DNA of 64,000 bases from Lama glama (lineage: Eukaryota), in the NCBI GenBank assembly GCA_028534125.1, contig CM052817.1:806001-870000 (forward strand). The letters run 5' to 3'. The translations under genes and the position numbers were made by a program. The notes under the pieces are model-generated. The model saw only the letters and a list, made by a program, of their open reading frames with translations. It was not told where the DNA came from and searched no databases. Shown here in pieces: positions 58,541-64,000 of this stretch; position 1 is the stretch's first letter, and the number at the start of each line of letters is the position of its first letter.

Positions 58541-61500
58541 CTGAGGCAGCTCCCTGAGCCCCAGATGACCCGGCTCAGTGTCCCTCAGCTCCCCCTCACC
58601 TGCACTGGGGTCCAGGCCTGGGCCGGTTGTGACCATACATTGGCTCTGCCCTTCTGATGTCGGGTCACTGCTGTCCCCTGCAGGGCTGCCTGCAGGTGGG
58701 AACGTGGTCTCAGGCCTGGGAGGGGAAACATGGCTACAGAATGCCGAGGGCCCTCCATCTTGCCAGCCAGACTCCCCGGGATTGCTCTTTCATGGGCATG
58801 GAAACCCACAGCCGCATCTTCTTTCTCCCTTTGCTCTGGCTGCCAGGGAGCTCAGGATCAAAGCCAAGGGCTCCAGGGCAGTAACTCTCCCTCCACATGT
58901 TCAGGAGTATTTTTCTTTTCTTGGCCTAAGTAAATTCAGTGTGAAAAAGGTACATTTTCTCAGCAGCTTAAAGCTTTAAACCTGCATAGCAGACATGCCT
59001 GGTGCCTGTGTCCCCGGGATGTACTTTCCTTCTCTCTCAGCCCCAAGGCCCAGACATGCCTGGCACCCAACTTCCCCCAGCCCCAGCAGAGCCCCCACCT
59101 GGACTTGCAGTCCCGTCTTCGTCAGGACTGGCCATCGAGCTAGGCTGGGGGCCTGAACAGGTGGCCTCCCTCATCCCGGACCTGGGGACTCACCTAAGCC
59201 CTCAGCTGCCTCCCAGGTGAAGGGGGCATCCTGAGCAGGGGTGAGGGGTCAAGCCAAGGCCACCAGGGTCCATGACAAGTGCTGGGCTTGGTGAAGTGTT
59301 GCATCCCAAGAGGGTGGCAAGAATGAGGTCCCAAAGCCTGGCGTCCCCTGGGACTAGCTGAGATCCTCCCTGCCTGGGTGCTCCCCGAGGGCTGGCCCTG
59401 GCTTTGAGGGAGCTGGCTGGGTGCTCAGTGGGCCCTGGGCCTGGCAGGCATCCCAGAGAATACGGCCGTGCTCAGGCCACGGTGAATGAGCCGTTGTGCT
59501 CTGCTACTCCTGCCCACCTGGCGGGACAGATGTGTCCTTGCCGGCAGACCCTAGCTCCTGCCGGCAGCAGCTGGCAGCCACACACGGCCAGGGACTCATG
59601 TGCATCCTGGGGGCTCTGGGAGCCCCACCCAAGCAGAGAGTGAGCCTTGCGCCCTGCTCCCCCGCCCCCGACCAGCTGTCTTCAAGGCCACGCTCACTGC
59701 TGCGGCAGGCGGCTGCCTACAGCCTCGCAGCTGCTCACAGCCAGAGCAGTCTTTGCCCCTTCCTGGGGGTGCAGGTCCTGACTGCAGGGGCCTGAGTCCT
59801 CTATCTTGACTTGAAACCCCTTTTGACAGCCCCTGAGCACCTCCAGGCTGAGCCGGGCTGAGCAGGGGCTCAGGACACACAGCCAGCCTCCGGCCCCCAG
59901 CACCTTGGGGCCCTCCTTGGGTAACGGGGTCCCAGTAGTTTGGGATTGAGGACAGCATGCCTGGGAGCAGCACTAAAGACCTGGGAGCAGAAGTAGGGTG
60001 GGGCAGGTGGAGGAGGGACTGGCTGAGATCCCTGTCACAGAACAGACCCTCTTCAGGGCTGAGACACGGATCCAGACTCGGCCTCCAGGTTCCAGTCCAC
60101 GGGTGGGGTCTGCCGTGTGAGAAGAATAGAGGCCAGGACCCCAGCCACAGCGGGAGAGATGGTGCTGCAGTCGACTGATAATGTCTGCCAGGGCACAGGC
60201 TGGCACATGGTGGCACGTGTGGCATATAACTGCCACCCCGAGGGTCACAAAGGCACACCTCTGAGACCACAGTCTCCATCCCAAGGCGCCTTCCCTGATT
60301 CTTGTCGGCCGGGCCTCTGTGTCAGCTAGCGGGTGGCAAAGGCACACTCCATTCTGGATGAGCCCGCCTCCAGCAGAAGACAGTGTGTGGGGCTGGACCT
60401 CATGGGGGCGATCTCCCAAGGCTGAACTACAGGAGGTGCAGAAAGGGTCTGACACCAGCCCGTCCCCTGCAGGTCGAGTCACCTGGCTCCACGGTGGCAC
60501 CTTTGCTGTCCCCACTTCATAAACATGCCTGAGACCACTCACCAAGTGCCAGCATTACTGGGACTAGCTCTGAGATGGGGAGGGCAGGGCTGTGTGTGGG
60601 CTGAGAGTGATCAGGGGTGGCGATGCTGAGGGCCGGGGTAGGGCCAGGGCACCGCAACACTCAGAGGTCTGCGGGGGGTCAGGTGGTCCTGTGTCTACTC
60701 CTCGCACCTGAGGGTCATCTTCCGGGGGGGGGGCAGCACTGAGCAGGGAGGCCCCGGGGAGCGGGCTGGCCCTGTCGAGTCTCCACCTGCCCAGCAAGCT
60801 GGATTTCTGGCACTACCAGTTCTGTGAGCTCACAGCAGCAAGCAGCCTGGAATCCTTTAAGCAATTTACGAGGAGCACGCAGTGTCTGGGCCAGGTGCGT
60901 GTGTGTGAGCACCTATGCCCACGTGTGTGCGCGTGTGAGCACATCTGAGGGGAAGGAGTGGGGTGCCACACTGAGCCCTTCCCGTCCTTCGATGCCAGGA
61001 TCAGGGGCCTCCTGAGAGTGTGGGGTCCTGCAGAGTCACAGGGAGCCTGGACAGGTCAGCCTGTGAGCTGGGCTGGGTGGCGGACCTGCCACCCCCCTGT
61101 GAGCCCTGCTGACAGTGAGCGTGGATGCCCAAGGCTGGACAGGGTTGGTGCAGGGATAGGGGCATGGGAATGAGGGGATCCTCCAGGCTGTACCAGCTCC
61201 TGGTTTTGAAGGCATGATGCATTCTCCACTCTCAGCGGGGAGATGTAGCAAGGGGGAGTGAAACGGGAGGGCCAGACCAGGTACAGGGCTGGGCCCAACC
61301 CCGTGGGTTATGAGGGCAGCCGCTCTCCTGGGAGTCACGGTGAAGTCTGTTCACCAGCCACACTTGGCTGTAGGGGCAAAAAGTGGCCTGCAGAGGAGTC
61401 AGGGAGCAGAGGCGTCACCCAGCGAGGGGCAGCTACAGCTTCTCCCTCTGTGGGCTGAGACCCAGGACCCTTCACCCACCCGAGGCTGGGCCCTGTGTGC

Positions 61501-64000
61501 TGTGCCTGCAGCACCCCCTCCCCAGGAGGATGAGCTTTGAGCCCCAAGGCCATGGAGTGCAGGCCTCGCTGAACCCCTGGGAATGCCGCCAAGGGTAATT
61601 GTCAGAAGAGGGGTCTTGGCTGGTGCAAGTCAGGGTGGGGGCCTGGGAGGGCAGCTAAGGGAGGCACTCCAGGCACCAGGAGGTCATAGCCACAAGCATG
61701 GGAGGACAGCCCTTCTGGATTTGTTGTGTGCCCCAGGGTAGGCCACTGCCCTCTCTGAAGCTGAGCGCATTCCTTGTCTGTCTACCTAAGACCATTCATC
61801 TCCTCAGCCCCGAAGGGCCAAGGAGCCAGGGGAGGGAGGCCTTTTCTGAGTTGGCCAGAGTCGGCCAGCTTTGGTGGGCTAGCCTGGAGCCTGCACTGGC
61901 CAAAGGTTGCCCTCAGCCAGGCCAGGGGCCAGTGGGTCCGGGGCCGCCCAGAGCACTGAGCAGTCAGCTGAGGCCTCCGACCAGTTCACAGCCTCAGGAC
62001 ACACACATGCGTGTGGACACACGTGCACCAGGCTGGGCCTGGGCCAGGGTGTGCTGGGATCTGAAGCCCCTGCCCTTGCTGGGTGCGTGCTCAGGTGGGC
62101 GTGGGGAGCTTGCCCAGCCTTGCCCTGACCCAGTTTCCCAGGCCTGGCCTGGCCCTCTGCTCGGGCAGGCAGGCGGCACTGGCAGCGGGAGCTTGCAGAG
62201 CTGGTCTGCGGTGTGGGCGCCCTGGGCCCGTGGCAGGTTGTGGGGGGTACCTGTTGGCAATACTGCTGGGGGCTTGGGCACAGGCTGCTCCTGGGGGCAC
62301 CGTGAGGCCAGCACACACACACATGCACACGAGCAGGCTGGTGTGAAAGTCCGTGAGCACGTGCTCAAGGCCCTAGGGCTCCAGGCACAGGGAGGACCTG
62401 TGGGCTGGGCGCTCCTCCTGCACTCAGGCTGCCGCTGGGCACCCCAGTACCCTGCCCTTGGGCCTCTACCTTCCACTGTGGTCACCAGCTGTGCTGCCCA
62501 CCTGGCCTCTACCTGGGGATGAACCAACAGCACGTGGCCCGAAGACCAAGCCCTGGGGCCCTGCACTACTGACCTGGCCACCGCCTCCTGGAGATCAGGG
62601 TCCTGGGGGTCATGGGTCTGGGGCTAAGCCACAGAGCCACGGGGGCTTAGAAGGCAGAAGATGTCCCAGAGGAGGGGCGGGGTAGGGAGGATCCAGACGG
62701 GCGGGAAGGTGGCAGGAGGGCGGGGGGGGGGACAGAAGGGTGGTGCAGGAGGGGAGCCCTGGCCTGAAAAGCCCCTTTGATCCACACTGAGGTAATGCGG
62801 ACTCATCCTGAGACAACCTGGGCCTGGGAACACACCCCACCCCCACCCACTCCAGCCCTGGGCAGACCCTGGCCCAGAAGTTCCTCAGGGCAGGCTTGGC
62901 TGAAGCCAAGACCCAGCAGGGACCACACGGAGTGGGCTTGGCAGCTGGAAGGAGAGCCTGGTGTGTCCCCCCACCCCGAGATTCCTGGTCCTCCCCAGGC
63001 CCACCAGGCCACCCCCAGCCCCAGCCTTGCTGCACCCAGCCCCGCCTCCCTGCCCAGCTCCCACTCATCTTCACCCTGAGCCTGGGGGTCCCTGTGAGGC
63101 TCCTCCCTGGCTGTGGCCTGTTGGGTGGCCCTGTCTGACAGGGCTAGAGACCAGTGTGGGCACAAGTGCGGACACCAGGAGAGCCACTCTCTGCATGGGT
63201 GGTGGTCAGCTTCCCATCTGAGGGAGGCTCCCCCAACTATGCCCTCAGCCCCCGCAGGGCAGGCCAGCCAGACAATAGAGCTGTCAGAGGCCTTGGGCCC
63301 TGGGGAAGGCAGGCAGGCATGGCAGGGGAAGGTGGCTTCAGGAAGCCCCTCAGAGACATCTCTATTAGAGGGCTGCAGATCTGGCCTGAGCGCAAGGTCT
63401 CCAAGAGCTGGCAGAAGGGGCCAGCAGGGGCAGGGGAGGCCCTCAGGCTCATGGCTGGCGGGGACTCACTGTCCACCAGGGCCTCCCACCGGCCCCTGGG
63501 CTCAGCCCCCAGGAGGGCAGGCCCATTAGGCAGAGGAGCAAACTGAGGCTGGGAGCTGGGTGGTGACTAGGTGTCAGGTCGCCTGCTCCCAGGGTCCTGA
63601 AAGACCTTCAAAAGCACCCACAGCCCCCATCTCCCTCTGGGTGGGAGTGTCCTGAGGGACCACCCAGCCCCAGGCCCTGAGGGCTAGAGCCCTTGAGGTG
63701 CTTCACACCGCTGCGCCTTCGTCTCCCCATCTGTGAAGTGGTGCCACGCGGAGCGCTCTGGGCAGCTCCGTGGCTGAAACAGACCCGCCTGTCCCGGCGC
63801 CAGCGTGTGCACAGGCTGGCTGGGGCTCTGGGGCAGCGTGCCGCGGGCTTCCAGGGATCGGGGTTTGAGGATGCTCAGGGCCTCGGGGGGCGCCCAGTGA
63901 AGCCCCCGCCCCGAAATTCCTGGAAGGGTGGGGCTGGAGCAGGCTTCCAGCAGGAGCAAGGTCTCAAGCGATCACTCTGCCCACCCTCCCTGAGTCAGGG

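Noticed and set aside
62760-62780. Minus-strand CAAA-GGGGCT-TTTC-AGGCCA resembling a histone stem-loop
   Set aside because: Only four of six stem positions pair and there is no histone gene context
24400-64000. Hundreds of 60-324 aa ORFs on both strands (e.g. 45529-46503, 50753-51628, 27559-28392)
   Set aside because: Pro/Gly/Ala/Arg-rich, overlapping in all frames, often with non-ATG starts and no recognisable domain or exon chain; expected from stop-codon scarcity in GC-rich DNA

Overview
Mammalian genomic DNA, probably a camelid (a tRNA-Ala-derived SINE at ~29.6 kb resembles the camelid Vic-1 family). The window is syntenic to human 4p16.3. It holds SLBP on the minus strand (coding exons 1-7, last exon off the left edge) and TMEM129 on the minus strand (exons 1-2; the RING-encoding 3' part is lost in a 500-N assembly gap). 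TMEM129 sits head-to-head with a complete TACC3 gene on the plus strand (non-coding exon 1 plus 15 coding exons, 785 aa). The remaining ~40 kb is very GC-rich intergenic DNA which, by conserved synteny, should lead toward FGFR3 (not in the window). It contains old repeats (MIR, L2, MLT1, MER5) and several CpG-rich, motif-dense candidate enhancers. Almost all long ORFs in the supplied track are shadow ORFs of GC-rich DNA. I found no convincing new biological system. The best leads are: cryptic/poison exons in SLBP and TACC3; loss of the TACC3 Ser34 Aurora-A site and erosion of its SDP motif; an AT-to-GC substitution bias suggesting GC-biased gene conversion; and structured candidate FGFR3 enhancers at ~42, 45.5, 48.9 and 55.1-55.7 kb. 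Orthologue and repeat-consensus comparisons are from memory, not from a database search.
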